A stretch of DNA of 64,000 nucleotides, taken from assembly GCF_963921235.1 (NCBI RefSeq), contig NC_086097.1, forward strand, positions 58,406,001 through 58,470,000. Reading direction: 5' to 3'. The translations under genes were made by a program, and so were the position numbers. The notes under the pieces were generated by a model. That model saw only the letters and a program-made list of their open reading frames with translations, did not search any database and had not been told where the DNA came from. Origin of the DNA: Mobula hypostoma. Its lineage: Eukaryota. Shown in pieces: positions 1 to 14,280 of this stretch; within the stretch, counting starts at the first letter, position 1, and the number at the start of each line of letters is the position of its first letter.

Positions 1-2900
1 GAAAGTATGCTTGATCGTGGGCTTGCGCTGTGCACCCTTGACTTGGAGCCTTCTTTCACAAATGATATGCGGTGTTCTGTGCAGCATGGGGCATGAGACA
101 AGTTGTGCTGCAGTACTCTCTGCTGAACCGCTTCTGTTACAACTTTGAGACCATTGTTATGTCTTCACGTGTACATGCTGCTGGAAAGATTGACTCTGCA
201 TGGACTCAAAATCGGTTGAAGTGTTCCTTTCTCGCCACAAGCAGCACACTTGTCTGTCTTGGCTTCATACCAGGTACTGAGGTTGGCAGGTGTTGGGAGC
301 AGATCATACGCTGCTCTGCATAGAAAAGAAGTGTGGAGTGGTTCCATCTGCCACAGAACATTCCAAGATAGATGATGTTGTTCAACATTTTCCCACCAGG
401 TTCCACCCCCTTGTTTGGCCAGGCTAGCTGTTTTAGCTAACCTCTTCTCCTCTTCTTCCTCTCGTTTTCCTTGCATTACAAGCTCATGGCGCTCCTTACC
501 TATAGAAGATGACCACCACTTGTGGGTTGTCCATCCAAGTCCCTGGCGGCCTAGCTGGGTAGCCCCAACCATCTCTTTGTGCTTCAATCTAGACTTTGCC
601 TCATCAACTGCTACATGGGCTGACCATTTCCTGCCTGATCTGACATCCGCCTGGGTGTTCTTGATGACAGGGTCTTTTGAGCCTCAAAACATCAAGAATA
701 ATCTTACCTTGGCTACCTTGACCTCTTTAACAAGGGATTGCACTGGGGTGGTAAGCTTTGTCTGGCTACGGTGGATTGCAACATTGGTGAAGCTGCTCGG
801 TACTCCAAGCCACTTCTTCACATACTTGTTGATCTTCCGTTCCATTGCCTCAACATGGGACATTGCCACTTCATAGACAGTTAGTGGCCATAGTATCCAT
901 GGCATCAGTCCGTACTGCAAGCACCACAACTTCAACTTGCCAGGCAAGCCACACTTGTCGACAGACATCGGGCCTCTGCTGATCTGTTCTCCTGTCTCTT
1001 GAACCCTCCTGGTGTCTCTCAGCTCCTCTGTGTACCATCCCCCGAGGCTCATAACTGGTTGGTCCTGAATGGATGGAATCTCCTCTCCACAAAGGGTGAA
1101 ATGAAAGTCAACCTGCTTTCCTCTCCTAAGAACAAGGCTCCTTGACTTCTTGGTCTTGAACTTTATTCTTCCCCATCCATTAGCTCCTTGAGTCTAGATG
1201 GTACACTTTCCACCGCCTCCATGCTAGGACCCAAAAGGGTGAGATCATCCATGAACGCTCGTATTGGTGGTAACTCCCCTCTGCCATCAAGGGCAACACC
1301 TTGTCCCACTGATTCTGCAGCCCTCAAAATGACCTCCATGGCTAACACAAAAAGGATGCGTGAAACTGCACATCCCATTGGGATTCCAACATCCAAGCCC
1401 TGCCATCTAGTTGTAAACTGCTGAGTGGAAAACCTCATCCGGAAATCGTTGTAGTACTGCATAACAAAGTTCCTCACTTTAGCAGGAATCCATAAGAATT
1501 CTATTGCAAACTCAATCAGGGCATGGGAAACAGAACCATATGCATTTGCAAGATCAAGCCAAAATACAGCCAGATTTCTTCTCAACCTTTCCGACCTGGA
1601 TGGTATGCCATATCATCCTAGTATGTTCAAGGCATCCTGGGAAGCCTGGTACTCCTGCCTTCTGCACAGATGTATTTACCAGTCCATTCTCTATCACAAA
1701 TGAAGATATTCTTTCTGCCAGAATGCCAAACATAATCTTCCCCTCTACATTCAGGAGTGAAATTGGTCGGAACTGATTCAATGTAGTAGAATTCTCTTCC
1801 TTTGGGATGTATACTCCTTCAGCCTCACTCCATGACAAAGGAACAATACTTTGTCTCCACACCACCTTTAACAATCTCCACAAGTATTTTCTCAGCTCTT
1901 CACGCTTCTTGAACACATTATACGGCACTCCATTAGGTCCTGGCACTGAACCTGACCTTGCCTTTCTGATGAACCATTCGACTTCTGCCAGTTTGGGTTC
2001 TGACAGATCGAACTTCACTTCTGGCTTGGTAGGCTTCACAAGCCCTGAAATGTCAAGCAAAGGAGCCTCCCGCTGTTCGTCAGAGTAAGTGCTTGCCAGG
2101 TGATCCTCAAGTTCTTGTTGAGAGATGTTAAGCTGCCTGCTCTTACTTTGTTCAAACAATTTCTTTGTGAACTGGTGAGGGTTCTCAAAGAACGACTTTC
2201 TTGCTTTCTCTCTCTTCTTTCTCTTTTTACGTTGTGATTCTGAACGACAGAGTGATGCTAACTTTAATCGAAAATGCTCTCAGAGATCAGCAAGCCCTGG
2301 CTTGTCACCCTCACTTGCTACCTTCCACCTCTGTCTCAACGATCTAAGCTCGCTCTTCACCCTTCTAATCGCCTTCTGGTGCCTGCTTGGTGTCTGTGTA
2401 GGCTTTGCTTTCTTCAACTCAATCAAACCAAACTGGTACTTTCCGACATCGTAAATCATATTGCCCAGAACCTCCAATCTCTTTGATGTTCCCATGAAAG
2501 TGTTCTCCAACATCATACTGACATCCTTATCAAACACACGCCAAGCCTTCTCATCTGCCATTGCTGGCCACTTGACCTTCCTCTTCTTCTCTACCTCCTC
2601 ACCACCACCATCATGTGAAGGATCTACCTGGGTACTGTGGTCTGAAACCTGACCTGGAGTATGATGACTCTCTCCAGAGCGAATCGCTGTGGCTTGTGAA
2701 TCAGTGGTTGAAAAGACCACATCATCTGTGCGTGGATTAACAAATAAGAAACAGCCTCTCCTGACACCTTTGACATCTTTTCTGGGGACTGCGATCAGGC
2801 TAGTTTGATAAACTTTCTGCTGAACTACCATCAGCGCAACACCAGAAGACCCAATACACTCAATCATTCCTATACTACCGTCAAGAAAGGCTACTGTTCC
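1..2900 (-). mobile_element. Degenerate RLE-type non-LTR retrotransposon (HERO-like)
   Basis: Broken ORFs with RT motifs GPNGVPY, QFRPISLLNVEGK, QKAGVPGFPGCLEH, WLDLANAYGS, GIPMGC and AFMDD, plus a zinc-knuckle remnant CAACGEKGTL; contains stops and frameshifts. Confidence 0.85.
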
Positions 2901-2959
2901 ATCCCTTGACCTCGTTTTGGGAAATCTGATTATCTGGCTGTCCTCTTCCTCCCTCCAGG

Positions 2960-5060
2960 TAGGTAGAGGCTAAAGAACAAGGTACTAAAGGCAAGGACAA
3001 TGAAGACGTAGTCACAGGAGGCAGAAGAGTGGCTATGGGATTGCTTCAAGTCAGTTGGCTGGACCACATTCAAGGACACATCAAAGGACCTGAATGAATA
3101 CACTATGGTTGTTATGGAATTTATAAAGACACTCATGAATGAGTGTGTACCCACAAGATCATTTGGAGTGTTTCCCAGCCAGAAGCCTTGGATGAACCAA
3201 GAGATCCACAATCAGCTGAAGGCTAGATCAGTGGCATCCTGGATTGGATTCAGGAAAGTACAAGAGGTCCAGTTAAGGCCTGTGAAAAGCTATCACAAGC
3301 AGTGGTAATTCCGCACCAAACAAGCCACGGAAAGATGCAAATGGCTGTGGCAGGGCTTAAATGCCACTACCTGCTACGAAGCAAAAACAAGCAACATAAA
3401 CAACAGCAAGGTTTTACTCCCAGGTGAGCTCAATGCTCGCTTTGACAGACGGACCATGAAGGCACCTTTATGAACCCCAACACCCCCTGACGACCATGTG
3501 ATTTCAAGCTGATGTGAGAGCATCTTTCAGGAGGGTGGACCCATGGGAAGCATCTGGCCCAGATGGCGTACTAAAGACCTGTGCTGATCAATTGGCTGGA
3601 GAGTACTGAGATCTTTAACCTCTCCTTTCAGCAGTCTGACATACCCACCTGCTTTAAGCAGGCTTTAATCATATAGGTGCCCAAGAGGAACTTGGTAACC
3701 TGTCTCATTGACTATTGTCCAGTAGCACTCATGTCCACAGTGATAAAGTGCTTTGAGAGGTTGATCACAAAGCACTTTGACTCCTGCCTGAAGAGTGACT
3801 TGGAACCACTCCAATTTGCCTACCATCACAACAGGTCAACAGCAGGTGCCATTTCATTGATTCCTCACTCAACCCTGGAGTACCTGGGCAATGAAAATGC
3901 ATACATCAAGATGCTCTTCATTGACTACAGCTCAGCCTTCATCCCCTCGAAACTAATCACTGAGTTCCTTGACCTAGACCTCAATACTGAGCAACTAGAT
4001 CCTCAATTTCCTCACTTGCAGATCCCAGTCAGTTCAGATTGGCAGCATCTCCTCCACAATTGCCATCATCATAGCTATACCAGAAGACTGAGTGGTGAGC
4101 CCACTGCTCTCCTAATTTTATACTTATCATTGTGAGGCGAAGTGCAGCTTCAGTGCCATTTGCTGATGACACCGTGATGGGTGAATCAAAAGTGGTGACG
4201 CATCGGCGTATAGGAGTAAGATTGAAAATCTGTTTAAATAGTGCCAACAACAACCTCCCAACATCAGCAAAACCGAAAAGAAGAGCTGACCATCATCCGC
4301 AGGAGGAAGTAATCGGATGTCCACGAGCTAGTCCTCATTCGGGGACCGGAGATGGGGAGGGTCCGTAACTTTAAATTCTTTGTTGTTACCATATCAGAGG
4401 ATCTGTCCTGAGGCCAGCACATAAGTACCATAACAATGAAGGCATGACAACATCTCTACTTTCTTAGAAGCTTGCGTAGATTTAGCGTGCCATCCAAATC
4501 TTTGACAAACTTCTGTGTTGGAGAGTACCCTGACTGGTTACACCACGACCTGGTATGGAAATACCAATGCCCAGAAATAGAAAAGTGTACAAAAAGTGGT
4601 GGGTACAGCCCAGTCTGTCATACACAAAACCGTCTCCATCACTGAGCATATTTTCAAGGAGCGCTGCCACAGGAAAGCAGCATCCATTACGAAGGACCAA
4701 GCCGCGCTCTCGTCTCATTACTACCATCAGGTAGGAGGTACAAAAGCTTTAGGGCCCACACCACCATCTTCAGGAATAGTTATTATCTTACATCCATCAG
4801 GCTCCTAAACAAGTACGATAACATCTCTCGTCTCAACAATGAACTGACTCCGCAACCTATAGACTCATCCTCTACAGCATATGTTGTCAGTATTATTCAT
4901 TTACTATTTTCTTTGCACAATTTGTCTTTTGCACATTGGTTGTTTAGTTTTTCATTGATTATTGTATTTTTAAAAATTTTCCTGTGGATGCCTGCAAGAA
5001 AATGAATCGTGAGGTTGTATATAATGACATATATTTTGATAGTAAATTTACTTTGACATT
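2960..5060 (+). mobile_element. Degenerate Rex1/Babar-type LINE (RT and 3' UTR)
   Basis: PSQKPWMN, DYCPVALMSTVIKCFERL, LQFAY and MLFIDYSSAF motifs; 3' tail shared with copies at 10714-10790 and 39340-39430. Confidence 0.8.
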
Positions 5061-5234
5061 GAAAAAAATACTTTGAGTTAAAAAGCAGCATATAGATTAA
5101 TATTCTGCTTTGGACAGACATTTTATTACATAGCACGTGGAAGGAGCAAGGATGGTGGAAGCACCCATATCCTTCCACGTAGAGTACTGATTTGTCTATA
5201 GGTACCAACCAAATTATTACAGAAGATGATAGAT

Positions 5235-5590
5235 ATGAAGGTCTGTATTCTTTAGAATTTAGAGAATAAAACGTTATCTTATTTAAACATGTAAAATCTT
5301 GGTGGGACAAGACAGGGTAGATGTTGAGATGTTTTCACTGGTGGGAGTCTTGGTTGAAAGGCTGGTCATTTGAAACAGAAGTGTGTAAAAATTTCTTCTG
5401 ACAGAAAATGGTAAATCTTTGGAGTTTTCTGCTGTGAAGTTATCGAATTGAGCTCAGTAAATGTACTTAAAGTGGAGGTAGAGATTGAGAGCTATGAGGG
5501 TCTAGCACAGAGGAGGAGTTGAGGCCTGAGGTAGATCAGCGATGATCATATTGAATGGAGTAGCAGGCTCCATGACCCGGATGGCCTATC
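5235..5590 (+). mobile_element. Old CR1 LINE 3' fragment
   Basis: Diverged match to the 3' end of the CR1 at 25790-26220. Confidence 0.6.
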
Positions 5591-8189
5591 TTGTGAAGGG
5601 GGAGAAATCATGAATGTTTCAGCAGAGGGAGAAGATGCAACGAGCTGACTAGTTTGGAGAGGTAGGGAAGCAACAACCTCATGGTGTAATTTTCGTAGAC
5701 TTTACTAAGTTGTATCATATACGAGATTAAGCTTGGAGTATGTATTTAACAATATGAACAGACTCAGGACCAATTCAAAAGTCAAATTAGAGCAGGAAAA
5801 TATTTTGTTGCTAAATCATTTGGGTGGCTTTTCATGCAGAATCATGCAGTATTAATTACTTTTCTTTTTGCTTTGAAGTATGCAAGAGACAAATGCCCAG
5901 GAGCAAGCAGTAAAAATCTAATCATTTCGGTTAAGTTTGCTGGCGAGGATATAAGTGATGCATTTATTTGGTAGGTTTAGTGGTGAATTTAAATACATCC
6001 GTTGTGCATTATGTAATTCAGAACATGTGGAATCCATGGACTAACAAAATAATTGCTTAAATTGCATGGATTTGTGTATCTCAGTATCTGTTCTTTGGGG
6101 TGGGGCCAGATTTTGGAGTTGGGTATATGTTGTGAGGAGGATGCGAGTAACTTTCCTCTTTACTTCTGAATACCGTTGCATGTATATAATTGTTTATTGA
6201 AAAAGTGCCTACTTAATATTTTTTATCACAGCTATATGAAAAGGTCAAAAGAAAATCAGCATTCACTGTATTGATAATATTAAGGATACCACTGGACAGT
6301 CCTTTACAATAGCTGCAAAACCTATAGTCAATTTTAGGAAAATCTATGGAGGATTGCTTAACAATTTAAGACAATTAAGATCACTCCAGCAGATCCATCC
6401 ATAAGAGTTTATTGGCAATTATTGTCTCTGATATATTCCAATATGATCTTTTCATCGCATCAATTCCCTTCTTCAAAGTGATGAGTGTAATGATCATTGA
6501 AATCCTGGGTTTGAGAAAAGCAGTCTTTCTGAGAAAATATTTTAGCGTGAAATTAATGGAGCTAGTAATCTTTAGCAGTTTAACTAAATAAATGCATTTT
6601 TGTGTAATATTAAAAACTTAAATGTGATTCTTTAGATGTAATATCGAAACAATGAATATAAATGAAAACAAATGGTGCTAAACTTTAGCAGGCATTTGCT
6701 GACTGTGTTTGTGGTAAATAAACTTTTCCAGGTATTTCACTGTAGAATGGTTATTACAACCATGAAAAAAGTATTTTAAAACTTCTTTTCACCTCAGAAA
6801 TTGAAGAGATTTCTGCAGATCTACTGTGTTTTTTCAAAATTTAAAATTGAGAGGGTATGCACTGGAAGCAAATCTGTAACAATGAAGCATAAATTCAGGA
6901 ACTTTCTTGCCAGAAATGGTTGAAATAGAGTTCAACAATAATATTAAAAGAAAAATTTCTAAGCTGTACTATAAGTGGTTATTAGCGATATTGTCTCCAC
7001 TTGAGGATTTAGAATTTATATGGTGGGTTGTTTCTGCCTTTTATAATTTAGTATGTTTCTTGATCTACAAACCTGTGGCTTGAATAAAGATGGACCAGAT
7101 TATGTTTTTTTGTTTTGTTGGCATGGTTTCATTGGGAACTGGGGGATCCACTGTCTCACTGCATTTCAGTGCAGAAGTCAGAGACAGAACTCCCACACAC
7201 TATTGAGCCCAGTGGCAGAGCTGGGTTGGATAGAGCTGAGGGACTTGGAATCTGGGCCTTGAGCTTTACATCAGCTACATCTGATGGATGTAAAGATGTT
7301 AATGATTTGAATGAGCTTGGTGACCTTCATTTTAAAGGTTAGCAATGTTTTATGTATTCCCTTGTATATTTTTGTTTATAGTTAATTTTCAGTGGTGTGA
7401 TTATAGTTGAACTAAATTAACTTTTAATTTTGACTTTGGTTCATGCAATTTTATTTCAACAATTTGCAAATGTTTCTGAAGATCAGAGTGATTTCTGACA
7501 GCAGCACCCTGACTTTTTTTTGCCCGAAGTCTAATTGCAGTTAGCGGATGATTTTAAACACCATACTCCAATTCCCCGTGGGACCATGTTTTTCGAAAGC
7601 AAATTAATTTTCTTTGCTCAACCTACTGTTGTTACTAATGAACTACAATTATACAGCAGCTTTGAATTCGCTAATTGCAGTTTTAGTTCCAGATTGTGTT
7701 TATGTTCTCTGACTAGAACTACAGTTTCTAACACATCAGAAAATTCTGTGAATGATTGGTTATGCATTGCATAATTTGAGGGTATTTTAAACCCCAGATG
7801 CAGAGTGTTTCTCTTGTCTAGTTTGAGAGTCAACACCCTTCTGAGTTGGGCTGGAGGTCATAAGTTAGTGCATATGGTCTCCTGCTTTCTGATTGCATAG
7901 TGCTTTGGGTTTAGAGCATAAAATATTCTGAACAGAGGGCCCAGATGCACTTTAGATCTCTCAGCTCAGAATATCAAAATATGTCAGTGCTGGGCTCATT
8001 TAATTAGCCAATATAGCTGACATGAGCTAAAGCAAGTTAAATACATATACATCACATCTGAAATGTGATGTTGCAATTTTAAGAGAGCAAGTGTTAAAGT
8101 TTACTTCTATGATAATGTTTTTGCATAACTAAGTTTGGATAATAATGTTAATCTATGAAGTGTTCTGCTAAAGCACTCACTTTGGCAGA

Positions 8190-10792
8190 CTGAGGGTTCC
8201 CACCTGCTTCAAGCAGGCTTCAGTTATACTGGTGCCTAAACAGAACGTGCTGCTCATTTGAAATCTTTAACTCTTTTCCTCACAGTAACCTGCCTCACTG
8301 ACTATTGTCCACTGTGTTTGCATCCACAGTGATGAAGTGTTTTGAGAGGTTGGTAATATTAACATATTAACCGCCTGAGAAGCAGTTTGGATCCACTCCA
8401 ATTTGCTTAGCGTCACAACAGGTCAATAACAGATTCTATTTCATTGGCTCTTCACTCAATCTTGAAACATCTAGACAGCAAAGATGCATACATGAGGATG
8501 CTTTTCATTGACTACAACTCAGCATTCAGTGCTAGCATCCCCTCAAAACCTCAAGTCCTTGGCCTCAATACCTCCTTGTGAATCTGGATACTCAATTTCC
8601 TCACTTGCAGACACCAATCAGTTTGGATTGGCACAACATATCCTCCACAATCTCCCTCAGCATAGGCGCATCTCAAAGCTGTATGCTTAGCCCCCTGTTC
8701 TACTTGCTTTATACTCATGACTCTGAGGATAAGCACAGCTCCAATGCCATACTTAAATTTGCTGACGACACCACAGTCAGTGGCTGAATTAAATGTGGTC
8801 TTGAATCAGCATATAGGAGGGAGATTGAAAATCTGGCTGAGTGGTGCCACAACAACAACCTCTCACTCAATGTCAGCGAAGCCAGTAAACTGATTATTGA
8901 CCTTAGGAGGAGGAAATCAGAGGTCCATGATCCAGTCCTCATCTGGTGATCAGAGGTGGAGAAGGTCAGCAACTTTAAATTCCTCGGTGTTATCATTTTA
9001 GAAGTCCAGCACATAAGTGTCATTAAGAAAGGTGCTCAGCAGTGCCTCTACTTCCTTAGAGGTTTGCGAAGATTCAGCATGTCATCTAAAACTTTGACAT
9101 ACTTCCATACATGTGCGGTGCAGAGTATAATTGACTGATTGCATCATGTACTGGTATGGGAACACCAATGCCCTTGTGTGGAAGAGCCTGCAAAAATTAG
9201 TGGATATAGCGCAGTCCATCATGGGTAATGCCCTTCCCACCATTGAACACATCTATGCGAAGCATTGTTGCAGGAAAGCAGCATCTATCATCAAGGACCT
9301 GCACTATCTAGGGCATGTTCTCTTCTGCTGCTGCCATCAGGAAGAAGGTACTGGAGGCTCTGGATCCACACCACAGGTTCTGGAAAAGTTATTACCCCTC
9401 AACCTCAGACTCTTGAATCAGAAGGGATAACTTCGCTGCCCCATCACTGAACTTTTCCCACAACCTATAGATTCACTTTCAAGGACTCTTCATCTCATGT
9501 TCTCGATATTTATTATTCCTTTTCTCTTTTTGTATTTGCACGATGGTTGTTGTCCATCCTGTTGGGTGGGGTCTTTCAATGATTCTGTTACGTTTTTTGT
9601 ACAGGTTTCCCCCGCCATCCGAAGGTAGAACGTTCCTATGAAATGGTTTGTAAGCCGAAATGTCGTAAAGCGAAGAAGCAATTTCCATTTATTTATATGG
9701 GAAAATTTTGTGAGCGTTCGCAGACCCAAAAATAACCTACCAAATCATGCCAAATAACACAAAAAACCTAAAATAACAGTAAATAACAGTGCGGATTTCC
9801 GATTGCATCGTCTCTGACCTGGGCCGACAATTACGTGTCTGGCGGCACCTAATTAATTAGCATGTTTATTTCGGCTTTTTTCTTAAAGTTGTGCTGTGTG
9901 CTCCCGGCTACCGCTGCATTCTCCGCGAATCGGTATCTGTCCGCGGTCTGGGTGTTGGGGTGGTGGGACACTGGGGTGTCATCTCGTCGTCTGTTTCCAT
10001 TAGAGCAGGCAGCGCATCTTCTCCTGTGACTGCCTGCCTCGATGTCGAAGGTCGAGGTTCGTCGTCTGCATTTGGCTGATGTGGAAGGCTTGCTTGACTG
10101 CTGAGCCTCGTGCATTTTTCTGTCATACAGTTCTTTGTAAGGACTCAAACCATCTTGCAAATATCCCCTAAACCGACGTACCCTTTCAAACTTTATCATT
10201 GCAGCGAAAATCACATACAGTTAGTTGCTTCACGTTCGTTTCGCTACTGCATTCGGTTTTGATTGTTATCCTTTCTTCTTCCAATTGCATCAGGTCTTCC
10301 TCTATCAGTTCTTGGTCATGGGATGCCAAAGCCTCTTCAACATCATCTTCGTCAACTTCCGCAAGCCAAGCTCACGTTGTCCTTACTTCGTTCACCGCTA
10401 TCGAAATGCTTAATTATGTCTAGTTTTATGCTAAGTGTAACACTCTTACGAGCTCTTTTAGGCTTTTCTGACACCTTAGAACTCATCTTGCAAACGGCTG
10501 CTCACAGACCGGCGAGAATGCTGTTCTGAATCCGGGGGAGAGCGACTGCTCGGGGCGCGCGCTGATTTTTTTTTGCGCACTGCTTTTTTCACGCGCTGCC
10601 TTTCTTTGTAACAGTGAAAACACCTTCTGAAAGCGAAAAGAGGGAATTAATGTAGGTCTTTCGTAACAGTGAGGTTTCGTAAAGTGAATGTTGGAAAAGC
10701 GGGGGACACCTGTATTTACTGTAATTGCCTGCAAGAAAATGAATCTCATGGTTGTATATGGTGACCTTTACATACTTTACCTTAAACATTGA
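8190..10792 (+). mobile_element. Degenerate Rex1/Babar LINE, interrupted by a Tigger element in its 3' UTR
   Basis: GASQSCMLSPLFYLLYTHD, KFADDTT and VSNFKFLGV motifs; the tail resumes at 10713. Confidence 0.8.
9602..10712 (-). mobile_element. Internally deleted Tigger/pogo (Tc1-mariner) DNA transposon
   Basis: TA TSD (9600-01 and 10713-14); imperfect TIRs CAGGTTTCCCCCGC / GCGGGGGACACCTG; minus-strand CENP-B-type N-terminus from ATG 10486 (MSSKVSEKPKRARKSVTLSIKLDIIKHFDSGE) joined out of frame to an acidic C-terminus (EVDEDDVEEALASHDQELIEEDLMQLEEE). Confidence 0.88.
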
Positions 10793-12873
10793 ACAACTCT
10801 TGTGTTATTTTGCATACCACATGTAATATGATAGCCTTCATTACATCTGGACCACTTTTGATAGTAGCATTGCAGAAGTAAAAATTCTTTGAAGATTGGT
10901 TCTTGTGCTTTTGTCATTCCAGCTGTGAAATAAAACTGATGAGAAGTTGGCTATGAAATTTTCTTCCTTAATGTATCGCAAAATTTGTGCATCAATTTCA
11001 TGATAATGTAAATGCAAATATTCTCTCATGTACAGTGTGTGCTGTTTGCTCAGAGCATTACACAAAGACTGCCTGGCACTCCTAATAATCCTGGAATTAC
11101 TTATTGCCTATTGTGTGATAATTGGGGATGATGAGAGATTTGGGAGAGATGATGGGCATGTGTAAGAGATTAGGTTACAGGGAAATGGGTGGGGAAGTGG
11201 TTTCAATGGGAATACCTTGGTTGTCAGCCTAGCCTCAATGGGCCAAATGGCCTCCTTTTTGTATGAAAATTTGAGAAACATTTGGTGATTTTCTTAATTA
11301 GTTTCAATTATAGTTATCTGTGACAAAGCATGATCAAAGAGAATAACTCAAGTACAAAAGTCAGTAAACACAGCTAACATGCAAAGTACTCTCAGGATTT
11401 CATTCATCCTAGAAGCATCTACATAGACTAGGACTGCAGAATAGTTTGGAGTGATTTCATTTTGTAAATGACCTGTTTGAGAAATAGAATTTTAAAAATC
11501 TAATTATTCTCATATCTAAACTACTAACAACAAGTTATTAATAGATATCAAATTCATTGTGGATCATATTACAGGTATCTCCTTGACTGAAAGATCGCCT
11601 TTCATCATAATTTGTGATTTTTTTGATTAGATGAATTTTGACCCATGCCACATAGGTCCTTTTATCTGTGGTGTTCCGGTTGTGCTGTAAGATTATTATG
11701 TGGTACTTTATCTAAATACTTTTGTAAAATAAAATACACAACATCAATTACAATGCTTTCTCTATCATATCATCAAAAAACTCAATCAAATTGTTATGTA
11801 TGAGTTTGCTCTGACCAGACCAGAACAGGTTCTCATTTATTAGTTCACATTTGTTTAAGTTGTCATTCTGTTTCATATTTCTGATTCTTAAGACATCCCC
11901 ACTACCTACCTTCAACTGCTGGATGAGAAATTACCAGATTTTTCCATATTTCCTTCACATTAGTTAACATTTTCAGTCTTTCAGACTCCTCTTTCCAGAG
12001 AATTAGATGATGTGACTTATTAGTCTACATTTCCTACCCTTTTTCCCGCAGCTAACTTGGAATCCGCCTTTTCCAGACTCTGTAATTAATTGATTTATAA
12101 GTGTGGATAATCTTTCTTTCATTCCCCATTTTAATTACTTTTGTCTAATTGTGATCCAGTAGTCTGCTCATTTACCTTGGCTTTAGGGCAATTAATGTGT
12201 CTCATTATCACTCCCTATAGTTTATGGATCTCTCAGTAATTTTCCTACAAATTTGCCTCTCCATGTCATTATTTGGTGGCTTGTAAGCTGTACTAAGAGT
12301 GTAGTACCAGGTTTTATATCAACAATCTAATATTTGAAGGCATGGACACTGTGGACGTGTCCTCATTTTGTAGATCAAAAGTGCATTGGTTATAATTTTT
12401 TTTGTTATATTAAAGTGAACTTAGCTGCATTATTTTTAGAGAACCTTGCATCTGAACACTCTCCTCCCTGTATGTCTCCTTCACTTTCTCTTTGATCCCT
12501 AACCTAAATCAAACAAGATGCTTTGTATGGAGTGGGGGTGGGTGGGGGTGGGGGAGTGGTTGCGCGAGAACCATGTGTGATAGGTGTAACATTTTGTTGT
12601 GTTCTCTGTTTCTTACATTTTAAAATACTTAACCTTGCATTGTAGATATTTTCGATCTTTAGGTTCTGTACTACTGAGAGATACATCTTTGTGATTTATA
12701 TATGATATATTGCACTAATTTAATAATGTAATATTTAAAACTTCTAACTTGAAAGATATATTTAAACATTTTTAAATTTAAGCAATATTATTAATTTTGC
12801 CAAGAAAATTCTTATCATTCATAGGTTGGTTGTACTTTCATAACCTGATGTACTAAAAAGTTCTTTTGTTTCT

Positions 12874-12877
<4 letters not shown>

Positions 12878-12917
<40 letters not shown>
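12878..12917. repeat. (TG)n microsatellite, about 20 units
   Basis: Read directly from the sequence. Confidence 0.98.
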
Positions 12918-12919
<2 letters not shown>

Positions 12920-13139
12920 CTTAAGTTTTGGCTTTATTTCATTGCAAAAAATCTCACTTGCATATTGTCCACGTGTATTTATCAGCAATAACCTTCCTCC
13001 CAACATTCCTAGTTCTTCCTGTCATCTCTTGGAAATGACAAATCATGAAGTTTGCCATCCACTCTATAGATCTGGATTCATCTACTGTGCTTCCTGTTCT
13101 AGCAAGGCTCATTTACTCTGATGTACAGTCTGTGCCTTT

Positions 13140-14280
13140 GCCAAGTGGCAAGCCCTGACCACGCACCTGGCTGGTCCTGGAAAGCTATGTTGACTGGAGT
13201 GTTAAAGGACATCTTCAGCCTCTTACTGTTGAGATCCCACCTGCTTCAAAAGTTCAGCAATAATACCTGTGCCCAGATCTGCCTTAATTACTATTGCCCA
13301 GTAGCACTTGAATTCCACAGAATTAAGTGCTTCAAGAGGTTTGTTATGGATAGAATTATCTCCTGCCTGATCATGGACCTGGACCTGTTGAAATTTGCCT
13401 ACAACAGGTCTACAGTAGACACAATCTCACCTACTCTTCACTCTGCTTTGGGGCAATTAGACATCTGCAAATCGTGTATCTGGCTGCTGTTTATTAGTTA
13501 CAGCTTGGCGTCTAATGCCATGATCCCCTCCAGAATAAATCACCACAGTTCAAAGTCTGGGCCTCTCAACTCCCCATCTGCAACTGGATCCTGGAGTTCC
13601 TTATCAGGTGACTTCAGTCAGTGTGGATAGGTAATAACATCTTCTCGGAGATAATCACCACAGGTGCACCTCAAGGATGTGAACCTAGCCCACTGCTCTA
13701 CTCCTTCTACACTCATGACTTTTTAGTTAGGCACATCTCAAACACGATCTATAAGTTTGCAAATGATACCACTGTTACTAGCAGAATCTCAAGTGACAAT
13801 AAGGACTGAGATACTGTAGATTGGTGGCTCAGGTGATGTCAGCAACCTTCCACTTAATATCAGCAAGACCAAGGAAATGATTGTGGATTTCGGGAAGGGG
13901 AAGTTAGGAGAACATAAACCAGTTCTTATTGAGGCATCCATGATGGAAGTTTGAGTTCCTTTATGCAGATGTCTCAGAGGATCTATTCTGAGCCCAACAC
14001 GTTGATGCAATTGTGAAAAAGGCATAACAGCACTCTACTTGATGATGAGTTTGAGGAGATCTGGTATGTCACCAAAGACTCTTGCAAATTTCATTTCTAC
14101 AGATGTGCAGTGGAGAGCATTCTGACTGGCTGCACCACAGCTTGGAATGGAGGTTGCAGAAGTTGGTAGCCCCAGCCTCCAGCAGTTTTTATTTTGTAAT
14201 TTATAGTAATCATTATCCCTTTGCTGCTGTAAAACAATAAATTTCATGTCATGCAGGTCAGTGACAGTGAACCTGATTCT
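13140..14280 (+). mobile_element. Degenerate Rex1/Babar LINE fragment
   Basis: YYCPVAL...KCFKR, TGAPQGCEPSPLLYSFYTHD and KFANDTT motifs; ctgattct tail. Confidence 0.75.

Noticed and set aside
5600..8150. Short ORFs of 60-100 aa in AT-rich intronic DNA
   Set aside because: No recognisable motifs and no consistent exon structure; expected by chance.
12529..12560. G-rich run with G-quadruplex potential
   Set aside because: A simple low-complexity tract with no evidence of function.
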